A DNA stretch of 51,548 bases, from the NCBI GenBank assembly GCA_964463735.1, contig CAYXDB010000001.1, forward strand, positions 1 to 51,548. The letters are read 5' to 3'. Both the position numbers and the translations under genes were made by a program. A model generated the notes under the pieces. That model had not been told where the DNA came from and made no database searches. It worked only from the letters and a program-made list of their open reading frames with translations. The first letter of the stretch is position 1, and each line of letters begins with the position of its first letter. This DNA is from an uncultured Ruminococcus sp. (GTDB taxonomy: Bacteria > Bacillota > Clostridia > Oscillospirales > CAG-272). Of this stretch, positions 28,089 to 37,179 are shown one piece after another.

Positions 28089-29258
28089 TTACGACAGGCC
28101 GAACAGCGCGGCGATCTTTTCCTTGTGCAATCCTGCTCCGATCACGCAGAGCCGGCCGGTCACATCGGCGGCGCCGGTGCGCACGTCCGCTTCACCCGGG
28201 ACATAGTCGAAATGGATCCAGTGGCCATCTTCCCCGGCCACGATCCCTTTGGCCCGCAGGACCATACCATATTCCGTGCCATCCGCAAAGGCGCGCAATG
28301 CGGCGCGGATCTCATCTGCCGTATATTTTTTTGCAGTTTCAACGCCAAAGCTGTCAAAGACTTCATCCGCGTGGTGGTGGTGATGGCCGCCTTCATGATG
28401 GTGGCCGTGACAGCATCCTTCGTCATCATCATGGTGATGGTGGTGGCAGCACTCTTCGTCATCGTCGTGATGGTGGTGGCAGCATTCTTCGTCATCATCA
28501 TGGTGATGGTGGTGGCAGCACTCTTCGTCATCGTCATGGTGGTGGTGATGGCAGCACTCCTCGTCATCATCGTGATGGTGGTGGTGGCAACACTCCTCGT
28601 CATCATCGTCGTGATGGTGGTGGTGATGCTCTTCCTGCATCTGATGCAATTCGTCCGCCAATGTATTCTTTTGTTCCACCGCGGCCAAGAGCTGTGCGCC
28701 GCTCAAAGCATCCCAGGCGGTCGTTACGATCGTGGCACGGTCATTCAATTCCCGCAGGAGAGATAGGCAAGCGGCGATCTTCTCTTCTCCGATGTTGGTC
28801 GTATGGCTGAGAACGATGGTGTGCGCGTGCGCGATCTGATCGCAGAAAAATTCCCCAAAGTTCTTCCGGTACATCTTGCATTTGCCGGCATCGACCACGG
28901 TGGTAACGCCGTTCAGGACCACGTCCTCCTGCAACACGCCCTGTACCGCGCGGATCACGTCGCTCAATTTGCCCACGCCGGACGGCTCTATCAGGATGCG
29001 ATCTGGATGGAATTTTTCCAGCACCTCTGCCAACGAACGGGAAAAGTCCCCGACCAAACTGCAACAAATACACCCGGAATTCATTTCCGTGATCTGGATG
29101 CCGGCGTCCTTGAGGAAACCGCCGTCTACACCGATCTCGCCAAATTCGTTTTCGATCAGGACGACCTGCTCACCCGCATAGGCCTCATGGATCAATTTCT
29201 TGATCAGCGTAGTCTTTCCGGCGCCCAGGAAGCCGGAGAATATATCGATCTTTGTCAT
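28089..29258 (-). CDS. COG0523/CobW-family metallochaperone GTPase with a repetitive His/Asp/Glu/Cys linker
   Basis: Start at MTKIDIFSGFLGAGKTTL after AGGAGG. CxCC motif GCICCS, ENEFGE switch, C-terminal CobW_C-like domain. Confidence 0.85.
   Translation of the reverse strand: MTKIDIFSGFLGAGKTTLIKKLIHEAYAGEQVVLIENEFGEIGVDGGFLKDAGIQITEMNSGCICCSLVGDFSRSLAEVLEKFHPDRILIEPSGVGKLSDVIRAVQGVLQEDVVLNGVTTVVDAGKCKMYRKNFGEFFCDQIAHAHTIVLSHTTNIGEEKIAACLSLLRELNDRATIVTTAWDALSGAQLLAAVEQKNTLADELHQMQEEHHHHHHDDDDEECCHHHHHDDDEECCHHHHHDDDEECCHHHHHDDDEECCHHHHDDDEECCHHHHHDDDEGCCHGHHHEGGHHHHHADEVFDSFGVETAKKYTADEIRAALRAFADGTEYGMVLRAKGIVAGEDGHWIHFDYVPGEADVRTGAADVTGRLCVIGAGLHKEKIAALFGLS
28371..28630 (-). repeat. in-frame tandem repeat array (about six units of 33-42 bp) encoding (H4-6 D3-4 E2 C2)n
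   Basis: Direct reading gives HHHHHHDDDDEECC HHHHHDDDEECC x3 HHHHDDDEECC HHHHHDDDEGCC HGHHHEGGHHHHH. The DNA units are near-identical. Confidence 0.85.
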
Positions 29259-29296
29259 GTGTTCATTCCTCCTGTTACACAAAATTCCATCATATG

Positions 29297-29325
29297 AGTA
29301 TAGCACGACCGCAGAAAAAAGTCAA
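29297..29325 (-). promoter_or_regulatory. sigma-A type promoter of the CobW module
   Basis: Minus strand TTGACT, 17-nt spacer, TATACT, starting 3 nt after the rlmI-like stop codon. Confidence 0.5.
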
Positions 29326-29327
29326 TC

Positions 29328-30551
29328 TTAAACGACCTGGAAAATGTAAAATTTCAAATATTCCGTCTCACTGACGTTCCAGAGGATGGGGTGATCCGGT
29401 GACTGTTGCCGTGCCTCGATCTGCCGTAGCGATACGCCGGCATCCCGGGCGGCATCGTGCAACATATGCCGGAAGAGAGTCTCCGTCATGAAATGGGAGC
29501 AGGAGCAGGTGGCCAGATACCCGCCGCGGGGCAAGAGGCGCATGGCCCGATAATTGATCTCCTTATATCCGCGGGAGGCGTTCTGCACGGTGTTGCTGCT
29601 TTTGGTAAATGCGGGGGGATCCAGAATGATCAGATCATAATACCCCGCCCCGGCCTTTTCCTGCGCGGAGAGATAATCGAAGACGTCTGCGCAGAGGAAC
29701 TCGATCTGCAATCCGTTGCGCCGCGCATTGGCGCTGGCCAGGCGGATGGCATCTGCGGACACATCTACGGCGGTGACCGAAGCGGCACCGGCCGCGGCGG
29801 CATTCAGGGCAAAGGCGCCTGTGTGGGTAAAGCAATCCAACACGCGCTTCCCCGGGCAGAGCCGTGCTACGGCGGCACGGTTATATTTCTGGTCTAAGAA
29901 GAAGCCGGTCTTCTGTCCCTGCATGTAATCCACATCATAGAAGATGCCGTTTTCGCATATCTCGATGTGCCCATTGCTGTCAGGGGGCGGTGATGGGAAC
30001 GGGTAAAAACCGCAGAACTGTGTCATGCCCTCCAGTTCCCGGATCGGCACATCATTGCGCTCATAGATCGCGCGGATCGTCTGCCCCATTTCCCGCAAGA
30101 CCCGAACCAGTGAAGAAAATATCATCTCCTTACGCAATTCCATGCCGAGCGATAAGGTCTGCGTGACCAAAATATCGCCAAAGCGATCGACGGTCAGTCC
30201 GGGCATCTGATCTGCTTCTCCAAATATCAGGCGACAGTTATCAAAGTCTTTGCCCATGACCGTAGCACGATAGGTAACGGCATAGCGGATGCGCCGATCA
30301 AAAAACGCCTCGTCAAAGCGGTCGTTCGCATTACGGGACAGGATGCGCACACGGATCTTGGAATGGTCGTTGATAAAGCCGGTCCCCAGGTACGTACCGT
30401 TCCCGGTACATACATCGATCAGATCACCGTTTTGATAAGTCCCCTGTACGGCGGTGATCTCTTCTCCAAATACCCACGGATGCCCGGCGCGCAGGCTCTT
30501 TTCCGCCTTTTTCGTCACTGTGGCCCGGGGATAATTGCGTTCACTCTTCAT
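29328..30551 (-). CDS. class I SAM-dependent rRNA methyltransferase (RlmI/RlmK-like, PUA + MTase)
   Basis: 407 aa with an N-terminal PUA-like region (GHPWVF), the SAM motif VLDCFTHTGAF and DPPAF. Confidence 0.8.
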   Translation of the reverse strand: MKSERNYPRATVTKKAEKSLRAGHPWVFGEEITAVQGTYQNGDLIDVCTGNGTYLGTGFINDHSKIRVRILSRNANDRFDEAFFDRRIRYAVTYRATVMGKDFDNCRLIFGEADQMPGLTVDRFGDILVTQTLSLGMELRKEMIFSSLVRVLREMGQTIRAIYERNDVPIRELEGMTQFCGFYPFPSPPPDSNGHIEICENGIFYDVDYMQGQKTGFFLDQKYNRAAVARLCPGKRVLDCFTHTGAFALNAAAAGAASVTAVDVSADAIRLASANARRNGLQIEFLCADVFDYLSAQEKAGAGYYDLIILDPPAFTKSSNTVQNASRGYKEINYRAMRLLPRGGYLATCSCSHFMTETLFRHMLHDAARDAGVSLRQIEARQQSPDHPILWNVSETEYLKFYIFQVV

Positions 30552-32689
30552 TCTTCATGACTCCCTGCTGTTTTTTGAAAATCGAACTGTACCTTATTGT
30601 CGCGCAGGCATAGCGCCGCCTGGAACGGGCGGCCCGCCTTGCTCGTGAATCCCTGCAAGACGTCCGTGCGGCCTTGCTGTAGCAATTGCCGGGCATTATA
30701 CGGGTTTATCACACGGCCGCATATCGTCTGCCCTATGCTAAATTTGCAATTTTTATCTTTATATTGCGAACAGCCATATCCAAAAATGGTGCGCCGCACC
30801 TGGCCGCCGCACAAGGGGCATGCCCCCACGGCTTCCCCAAACACGCCGATGTCATCGCTCTCTTCCTGCGGTCCGACACGGGGGGCAAAGACCGCCGCGA
30901 TCTCTTCCTGCACGAGCGCCAGACTCTCCTGCACGGTCATTTTCCCATGATAGACCTTTTTCAGCGCCTGCCCCAGGGCGGAGGTCTTATATTTATCCAT
31001 CTGGATATGCAAGCGTACCAGCGATTCGATCAGATAGGCACCGCCCGGCAGGAGCGTATATACATCCTTACGCAGATCGATATAGCCGCTTTGCCGTGCA
31101 TGATCGATGATACCGGTGCGTGTGGCTTCCGTCCCCAATTCCAACCCCTCAAACACAGCGCGATATTCTTCTGCATCATTCTCGCCGCCCTCGGAGGAAG
31201 GAAGATCAGCGGCCGCCTTATCTTCGCGAAAGGGGTTCTTCAAATAATTATTGAGCGTCTCGATGGTATAATGCCGCGGGGGGGATGTCTGCTTTTCGAC
31301 CGGTTGAAAATCGATATTGACCGGATCTCCCTTTTTCAGCGGCGGAAATAGTTTGTCTTTTACCGCAGCATCCTCATATTTTGTCCACCCTTTTTCAAGG
31401 ATCATGGTCCCGCGGAGAACGAACTCTTCCCATCGATCTACCGCTATGTGGATCTCAGAGCGCATGCATACACAGGGTTCTGCGCAGAATACCGCCACGA
31501 AACGGCGTAACACCGTCCCATATACCAATCTTTCCTTTTCGTTCAATGCTGTTTTATCTGGGAAACGATAGGTGGGCGTCAGAGCGGAATGTGACTCGAT
31601 CTTGCTGTCATCAAAGATCGTTTTCCCTTCCCGGAAAACGACCGGATATCCCGCGCCGGAAACGACCTGCAATATCTTGCGGATCTTATCCTTTTCGGCC
31701 GTAGCCAGATACTCGGAATTGGTACGGGGGTAGGTCAGATAGCCTGCTTCATACAGTTTTTGGACGATCTCCAGACTTTCCTGCATGGACATCTTATACT
31801 TTTTCCCCAAGACGTTCTGCAATTTCGTCAAGGAAAACAGTTTCCCTGGAGCGAGCGTATCTTTTTTGCTTTTGACCTCGGTCACTTTGGCCCCCACGGA
31901 ATTGTAAAAGGCGGCGGCGCGTGGCGCGCGGTGCGCCTCATGAGCCGGGAAACGCAACTTACTATTAAACTCGACCACCGCCCCCTGCGTTTCCGCCCGG
32001 CTGGCGATCGTATAGTAGGTCTCCGGTTGAAAATGCTTGATCGCCATATCGCGGTCATAGATCGCCTTTACGATAGGAACGATCACCCGCCCCACACGCA
32101 GGAGCGTCCCTGTTTTGAGTGTGGCATAGCGCGTCAGATTGACACCGTACAACCAGTCCATATAGGTACGCGCAAACCCTTCGGCCGCCAGATCGTCGTA
32201 TTCCGATTCCGGCCGCATATCCTGCAAGGCGGCCCGGACCGTCTGCGGCGTCTGATCCGGCAACCAGAGGCGCAACAGTGGCTTGTCTCCATGCAAGGCA
32301 TGCGCGATGCACAGGCGCACGATGATCTCTCCTTCCCGGTCGGCATCTCCTGCGTTGATCACGGCTTCCACATCGTCACGATTACAGAGTTGCTCAATGA
32401 TGCGGAACTGCTTTTGCACCCCGGCATCGACTGTCCCGCTCTTGCCATCGGTACGGCGCAGGGTAAAATCAAAGGTCTCCGGAAAGCAGGGGAGCCCCTC
32501 TAAACACCATTTTTCCCCACGGGCTTTATTCTGATAATGCTCAATATCTTCTAATGCGAACAAATGGCCAAATGCCCATGTGACCAGATACTCCGATGTG
32601 GAAAGGAACCCGTCTTGCTTTTTGGGATCTCCTATGGCGGCGGCAATATTCCGCGCCAGGCTTGGTTTTTCTGCTATGATGAGACGCAC
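30548..32689 (-). CDS. topB: DNA topoisomerase III
   Basis: GTG start (VRLIIAEKPSLA) 4 nt after GGAGGGGG. Toprim and type IA core motifs are present, with C-terminal Cys4 fingers (CPLCGG...CSQYKDKNC). ATGA overlap with the methyltransferase gene. Confidence 0.85.
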   Translation of the reverse strand: MRLIIAEKPSLARNIAAAIGDPKKQDGFLSTSEYLVTWAFGHLFALEDIEHYQNKARGEKWCLEGLPCFPETFDFTLRRTDGKSGTVDAGVQKQFRIIEQLCNRDDVEAVINAGDADREGEIIVRLCIAHALHGDKPLLRLWLPDQTPQTVRAALQDMRPESEYDDLAAEGFARTYMDWLYGVNLTRYATLKTGTLLRVGRVIVPIVKAIYDRDMAIKHFQPETYYTIASRAETQGAVVEFNSKLRFPAHEAHRAPRAAAFYNSVGAKVTEVKSKKDTLAPGKLFSLTKLQNVLGKKYKMSMQESLEIVQKLYEAGYLTYPRTNSEYLATAEKDKIRKILQVVSGAGYPVVFREGKTIFDDSKIESHSALTPTYRFPDKTALNEKERLVYGTVLRRFVAVFCAEPCVCMRSEIHIAVDRWEEFVLRGTMILEKGWTKYEDAAVKDKLFPPLKKGDPVNIDFQPVEKQTSPPRHYTIETLNNYLKNPFREDKAAADLPSSEGGENDAEEYRAVFEGLELGTEATRTGIIDHARQSGYIDLRKDVYTLLPGGAYLIESLVRLHIQMDKYKTSALGQALKKVYHGKMTVQESLALVQEEIAAVFAPRVGPQEESDDIGVFGEAVGACPLCGGQVRRTIFGYGCSQYKDKNCKFSIGQTICGRVINPYNARQLLQQGRTDVLQGFTSKAGRPFQAALCLRDNKVQFDFQKTAGSHEE

Positions 32690-32814
32690 AGTCCCCCTCC
32701 TTTCCGGCAGATCACATTTGTTTTGTATAACGTAGCGGGGCATCCCCACGGTGTTGCACCCGTCCGGATAAGCTGGCCAGCCACATCTTTGGCTAAAAGA
32801 TACACACCGCCTCA

Positions 32815-32857
32815 ACGCAAAAAGCAGACGACACCCGAGAACCGGTAGAATGTCGCC
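32815..32857 (-). terminator. probable terminator of the GT2 gene
   Basis: Minus-strand stem GGCGACA / UGUCGUC followed by UGCUUUUUG. The loop is long, so this is moderate quality. Confidence 0.4.
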
Positions 32858-32931
32858 TACTTTTCCGGCCATAGCGAGGTGCCCCGCCTATTTTACGCCA
32901 GATAGCACACACCGCGCGGGTGCCGTGCAAC

Positions 32932-34206
32932 TCAATCCGTTTTGAAATGTGTATTTTGCAATTGATCGATCGTAGTGGCATCGGTATGCTGAATGGGGTG
33001 CCACTGGGCACGCACAAAAAGCGAGACGATGTTGATCGGGATCCCCACCATAACGAAGATGGGGTATGTAAACGTACAGGCGATCTTTTTCCAGGCAGGG
33101 GCCGCGATCTTTTTCCATTCCGTAATGACCGTCAAAAGCCCCAATGCATAGTTGATGCCATAAATGCCCAGGAAATATCCGAAGAATGCCCAGAGGAATT
33201 CCAACCCATTATAGGCGCCAGTACACCAGGAGAAGATCATGCTGGCGGCAGAGACCGCCGCAAAGACCGCAAGGATCATGGTAGGTAGCGTGGACATGAT
33301 CTCATCAAAGCAGGAAAAACTGCTGTCGCGCCGGAATATGCCGCGCAGGATCTTGTACCCGTGCTTGAGCATGGCCTGCATAAATCCCTTGGTCCAGCGG
33401 ATCCTCTGCCGCCAGGACTGGATGAACTTAGTAGGTTGCTCATCGTAGAAGACGGCATCATGGCAATAGCCGATCTTCACCCCGGAGGAGACCTGATCCA
33501 TCGTAAATTCCAGATCCTCTGTCAGGCAATGGTATGGCCAACCGCCGGCTTTTTGCAGGATGGCAGAGGAGACCATAAACCCCGTACCCGAGATGTTGCT
33601 GCTGGTATGCAGGATCATACGCGCGTTATTCATATGTCTTGCTTCCCGCATGAACATGATGCCGTAACCGGCCGTGATCCAGTTATCCCCGAAGTTCTTG
33701 GAATTACGATAACTGGTCACGACCTGGAAACCGTTGCTGAAAACGCGGTTCATCTGTTCCACGTAGTCTGGCGCCAGCAGGTTGTCTGCATCAAAGACGA
33801 AGAAGGCGTCATAATAGTCCTGCCCGCACCGATCCCATACACAATGGCACAGCGCATCTAATGCATAGCCCTTCCCGACCTTTTCCTGATCTGCCCTCTC
33901 AAAGGTGATGGCCCCCGCGGCTTCTGCCACGGCGCGTGTCTGATCGGTACAATTATCAGCCATGACATACACGTCCAACAGATCAGAGGGGTATGTCTGC
34001 CGATGGATGCTGTCGATCAACTGGGCGATCACAGATTCTTCATTCCGGGCACAGATGAGGACGGCGTAGCGCCGCGTCATCTCAGCGGAGAAGCGACGCA
34101 CCGGGAATAGGATCGATACCAATATATATACGTATTGATACGCAGACAATGCACAAAACAGCAACACGATCACCGTGTTTATCTGCGTGATAGTCGATAT
34201 ATCCAA
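32932..34206 (-). CDS. processive-type family 2 glycosyltransferase (membrane-embedded synthase)
   Basis: TTG start 8 nt after AAGGAGG. It has the D, DxD (FDADN), TED (TEDLEF) and Q(R)xRW (QRIRW) motifs, an N-terminal TM and four C-terminal TM helices. Confidence 0.8.
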   Translation of the reverse strand: MDISTITQINTVIVLLFCALSAYQYVYILVSILFPVRRFSAEMTRRYAVLICARNEESVIAQLIDSIHRQTYPSDLLDVYVMADNCTDQTRAVAEAAGAITFERADQEKVGKGYALDALCHCVWDRCGQDYYDAFFVFDADNLLAPDYVEQMNRVFSNGFQVVTSYRNSKNFGDNWITAGYGIMFMREARHMNNARMILHTSSNISGTGFMVSSAILQKAGGWPYHCLTEDLEFTMDQVSSGVKIGYCHDAVFYDEQPTKFIQSWRQRIRWTKGFMQAMLKHGYKILRGIFRRDSSFSCFDEIMSTLPTMILAVFAAVSAASMIFSWCTGAYNGLEFLWAFFGYFLGIYGINYALGLLTVITEWKKIAAPAWKKIACTFTYPIFVMVGIPINIVSLFVRAQWHPIQHTDATTIDQLQNTHFKTD

Positions 34207-34266
34207 AGATATGAGCCTCCTTACAGTCTATAACAGGAGAAATAGAGGCGTCCTGCTACGGTAGAA

Positions 34267-34295
34267 AGTATACCACGTTTTACGCGCCTTGTCAA
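34267..34295 (-). promoter_or_regulatory. consensus sigma-A promoter (extended -10) of the GT2 gene
   Basis: Minus strand TTGACA, 17-nt spacer ending in TGG, TATACT. Confidence 0.5.
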
Positions 34296-34338
34296 TGGGC
34301 AAACCAAAATGTAGTGTAGTGTTACATCTTTGGATCCT

Positions 34339-36741
34339 TTACCGTATGACGATATTGATGATCTTATTCGGCACGACGATCTCCTTGACGATGCTCTTCC
34401 CTTGCAAGAGCGCTGCCAGTTTATCATCGGCGTAGACCGCCTGCAAGGCATCTTCCCGCGTGGCGCCCGCAGGGAGCGTGATCGTACCACGCAGTTTGCC
34501 ATTGATCTGCACGGCCATTTCTACCGTGGCGTCGATCGTTTTCGCAGGGTCATAGGCAGGCCACGGTGCCAAAGAGCAAAGTCCCTCACCGCCCAGTTTT
34601 TCCCACAGTTCTTCGCACAGGTGCGGGGCAAAGGGGCAAAGGATCCGCACGAGCATGCCGTATTCCTCACGCGTGATGCTCTTTTCGTTGTAGATCTGGT
34701 TTACCAGGCTCATCAAAGCGGCGATGGCGGTATTGAACTTCATCTCCTCGATATCCGCGTCCACTTTCCGGATCGTCTTGTGGATAGCCGTTTCCAGCGC
34801 AGAAGAGGAAGGGGCATCCTGTATCAGGTCGTATATATCCGCAAATCTTTCCAAGAACCGCTGGCACCCTTTCATACTGGTCTCAGACCAGGGAGCCGCC
34901 GAGGCATAATCCCCCATGAACAGCACATAGGTACGCAGTACATCGGCGCCGTATGCATCGACCACCACATTGGGATCTACCACATTCCCTTTGGATTTGC
35001 TCATCTTTTCGCCGTCCGGCCCAAGGATCAGCCCCTGTGCGGTACGCTTAGCATATGGTTCATCAGTCGGTACTTCTCCTATGTCATACAGGAATTTATA
35101 CCAAAAGCGGGAGTAGATCATATGGCGGGTAACATGCTCCATGCCGCCATTGTACCAGTCTACCGGCATCCAGTATTTCAATTTCTCCGGATCCGCCAGT
35201 CCATTGGCATTGTGCGGATCGATATAGCGCAAGAAGTACCAGGAAGAGCCTGCCCATTGCGGCATCGTATCCGTCTCGCGGCGTGCTTCAGCACCGCATT
35301 TAGGGCATTTGCAATGAACGAACGAGTCGATCCGGGCCAACGGGCTTTCCCCGCCCTCCCCGGGTGCGAAGGCTTCCATCGGAGGCAATTTCAGCGGCAA
35401 TTGATCATACGGCACCGGCACCATGCCGCAGACCGGGCAATGTACGATCGGGATCGGTTCTCCCCAATAGCGCTGGCGATTGAAGGCCCAGTCCTTCATC
35501 TTATACTGCACGCCCGGTTCCCCAATGCCCTTTTCCGAAAGGAATGCCAGCATTTTCCGGATCGCTTCTTTTTTCGTCGTGATACCGTTCAGGAAATCAG
35601 AATTCATCATGGGGCCATCCCCCGTATAGGCCGCTTGGGCAACATCGCCACCGGCGATCACGGGGATGATCTCGATGCCAAATTTCCGGGCAAAAGCATA
35701 GTCGCGTTCGTCATGGGCGGGCACTGCCATGATAGCGCCTGTGCCGTATCCCATCATAACATAATCGGCGATATATATCGGGATCTCTTTGCCGGAGACA
35801 GGATTGACCGCACGGATCCCTTCCAGCAGGACGCCTGTCTTCTCCTTTACCAATTGTGTCCGCTCAAACTCTGTTTTCTTGGCGCATTCATCACGGTAGG
35901 CACGTACATCGTTCATATTCCGGATCCTGTCCGCCATTTTTTCCACCAAAGGATGCTCCGGGGCGATGACCATGAATGTGACGCCATACAGCGTGTCCGG
36001 GCGCGTGGTATAGATGCGCAAAGAGTCTGCACTGTCCGCAATGGAGAAATCGACAAATGCGCCGGTCGATCTGCCGATCCAGTTTTCCTGCTGTAATTTG
36101 ATATTGGGCAAATAATCTACTTCATCCAGGCCGGCGAGAAGCTTATCGGCATACTGGGTAATGCGCAGATACCATACGTCCTTGGATTTCTGCACGATAT
36201 CGCTATGGCAGATATCGCATTTCCCGCCTTGCGAATCCTCGTTGGAAAGGACCACACGGCAACTCGGGCAGTAGTTGACGAGCGCAGTATCGCGATAGGC
36301 CAGGCCTTTTTCAAACAGCTTCAGAAAAATGTACTGCGTCCATTTGTAGTAATCTTCCTGTGTCGTATCGATCACGCGCGACCAATCAAAGGAAAAGCCC
36401 ACTTTTTTCAACTGGCTGGTGAATTTTTCAATATTTCTGTCGGTCACGACACGCGGATGGATACCAAACTTGATAGCGGTATTCTCGGTCGGCAACCCGT
36501 AGGCATCGAACCCGATAGGAAACAGGACATTGTATCCCTGCATCCTGCGTTTGCGGCTGATGACCTCCAATCCTGCATACGCCTTAATATGGCCGACGTG
36601 CATTCCGGCACCGCTGGGATACGGGAACTCGACCAGGCCATAGAACTTCGGCTTATCGCTAAAGTCCTGTGCCGCAAAGGCGTTGGTCTCTTCCCAGCGT
36701 TTTTGCCATTTGGGGTCTATTATCTGATGATCGTATTTCAT
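34339..36741 (-). CDS. leuS: leucine--tRNA ligase
   Basis: 800 aa with HVGH (HIGH) and KMSKS motifs and a class Ia layout. Confidence 0.95.
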   Translation of the reverse strand: MKYDHQIIDPKWQKRWEETNAFAAQDFSDKPKFYGLVEFPYPSGAGMHVGHIKAYAGLEVISRKRRMQGYNVLFPIGFDAYGLPTENTAIKFGIHPRVVTDRNIEKFTSQLKKVGFSFDWSRVIDTTQEDYYKWTQYIFLKLFEKGLAYRDTALVNYCPSCRVVLSNEDSQGGKCDICHSDIVQKSKDVWYLRITQYADKLLAGLDEVDYLPNIKLQQENWIGRSTGAFVDFSIADSADSLRIYTTRPDTLYGVTFMVIAPEHPLVEKMADRIRNMNDVRAYRDECAKKTEFERTQLVKEKTGVLLEGIRAVNPVSGKEIPIYIADYVMMGYGTGAIMAVPAHDERDYAFARKFGIEIIPVIAGGDVAQAAYTGDGPMMNSDFLNGITTKKEAIRKMLAFLSEKGIGEPGVQYKMKDWAFNRQRYWGEPIPIVHCPVCGMVPVPYDQLPLKLPPMEAFAPGEGGESPLARIDSFVHCKCPKCGAEARRETDTMPQWAGSSWYFLRYIDPHNANGLADPEKLKYWMPVDWYNGGMEHVTRHMIYSRFWYKFLYDIGEVPTDEPYAKRTAQGLILGPDGEKMSKSKGNVVDPNVVVDAYGADVLRTYVLFMGDYASAAPWSETSMKGCQRFLERFADIYDLIQDAPSSSALETAIHKTIRKVDADIEEMKFNTAIAALMSLVNQIYNEKSITREEYGMLVRILCPFAPHLCEELWEKLGGEGLCSLAPWPAYDPAKTIDATVEMAVQINGKLRGTITLPAGATREDALQAVYADDKLAALLQGKSIVKEIVVPNKIINIVIR

Positions 36742-37175
36742 ATATCCTTCTCTCCATTCTGTACCAGCGCATCCTGCGCGGCAAATAATTCTTTGAGATC
36801 CATGGCGTCTTCCGGGCGTAACAATCGCTCCAGGTCATAATACTCACGTGCGCCTGCCGAAAAAACATGTACGATAACGGGGCCAAAGTCGATCAGGATC
36901 CATTCTCCCCCATCGCGCCCCTCGGTATGCGCGGCAGGGACATGGCACTGCTCCATATGATAATTTGCTTCATCCGACAGGGCATGGACATGGGTGGAGG
37001 AGCGCCCGGTACATATCACGTAATATTCTGTGATGACGGTCGTATCCTCCACATGATATAGTCGTATATCCAATCCTTTTTTATTATATAGTGTCGCGGC
37101 GATCTCTTCTGCCCAGCGTTGCGCTGGGGCGTCAGACAGATCCAGTGGGACACGTGCGGCGTTCATCTCTTGCAT
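36738..37175 (-). CDS. rsfS: ribosome silencing factor
   Basis: About 140 aa with DYFVICTG-type motif (EYYVICTGRS) and W(I)LIDFG..VVHVF. ATGA overlap with leuS. Confidence 0.85.
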   Translation of the reverse strand: MQEMNAARVPLDLSDAPAQRWAEEIAATLYNKKGLDIRLYHVEDTTVITEYYVICTGRSSTHVHALSDEANYHMEQCHVPAAHTEGRDGGEWILIDFGPVIVHVFSAGAREYYDLERLLRPEDAMDLKELFAAQDALVQNGEKDI

Positions 37176-37179
37176 AACT

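Noticed and set aside
28371-28630. Possible CRISPR-like or minisatellite array.
   Set aside because: The units are contiguous with no spacers, 33-42 bp long, in frame and inside a CDS. There are no cas genes, so this is a coding tandem repeat rather than a CRISPR array.
27608-28810. 400-aa plus-strand ORF with striking GGGSTLRHR/HHGDGGGS repeats.
   Set aside because: It is the mirror image of the His/Asp/Glu/Cys repeat array in the minus-strand CobW gene, which has genuine GTPase motifs. The repeat periodicity is inherited rather than independent.
29259-29296. Zur/Fur box expected upstream of a COG0523 gene.
   Set aside because: I could not find a TCGTAAT-N-ATTACGA-like or Fur-like palindrome in the short leader or promoter. 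This absence is by eye only and should be re-checked with a PWM.
34330-36096. 588-aa plus-strand ORF antisense to leuS. Similar long antisense ORFs lie at 243..1250, 15539..16270, 42585..44054, 47037..48113 and 49064..49831.
   Set aside because: Each lies opposite a gene with unmistakable conserved motifs. Their products are Arg/Gly/His-rich low-complexity sequences without an RBS or recognisable domains. These are typical stop-codon-poor antisense frames of GC-rich coding DNA.
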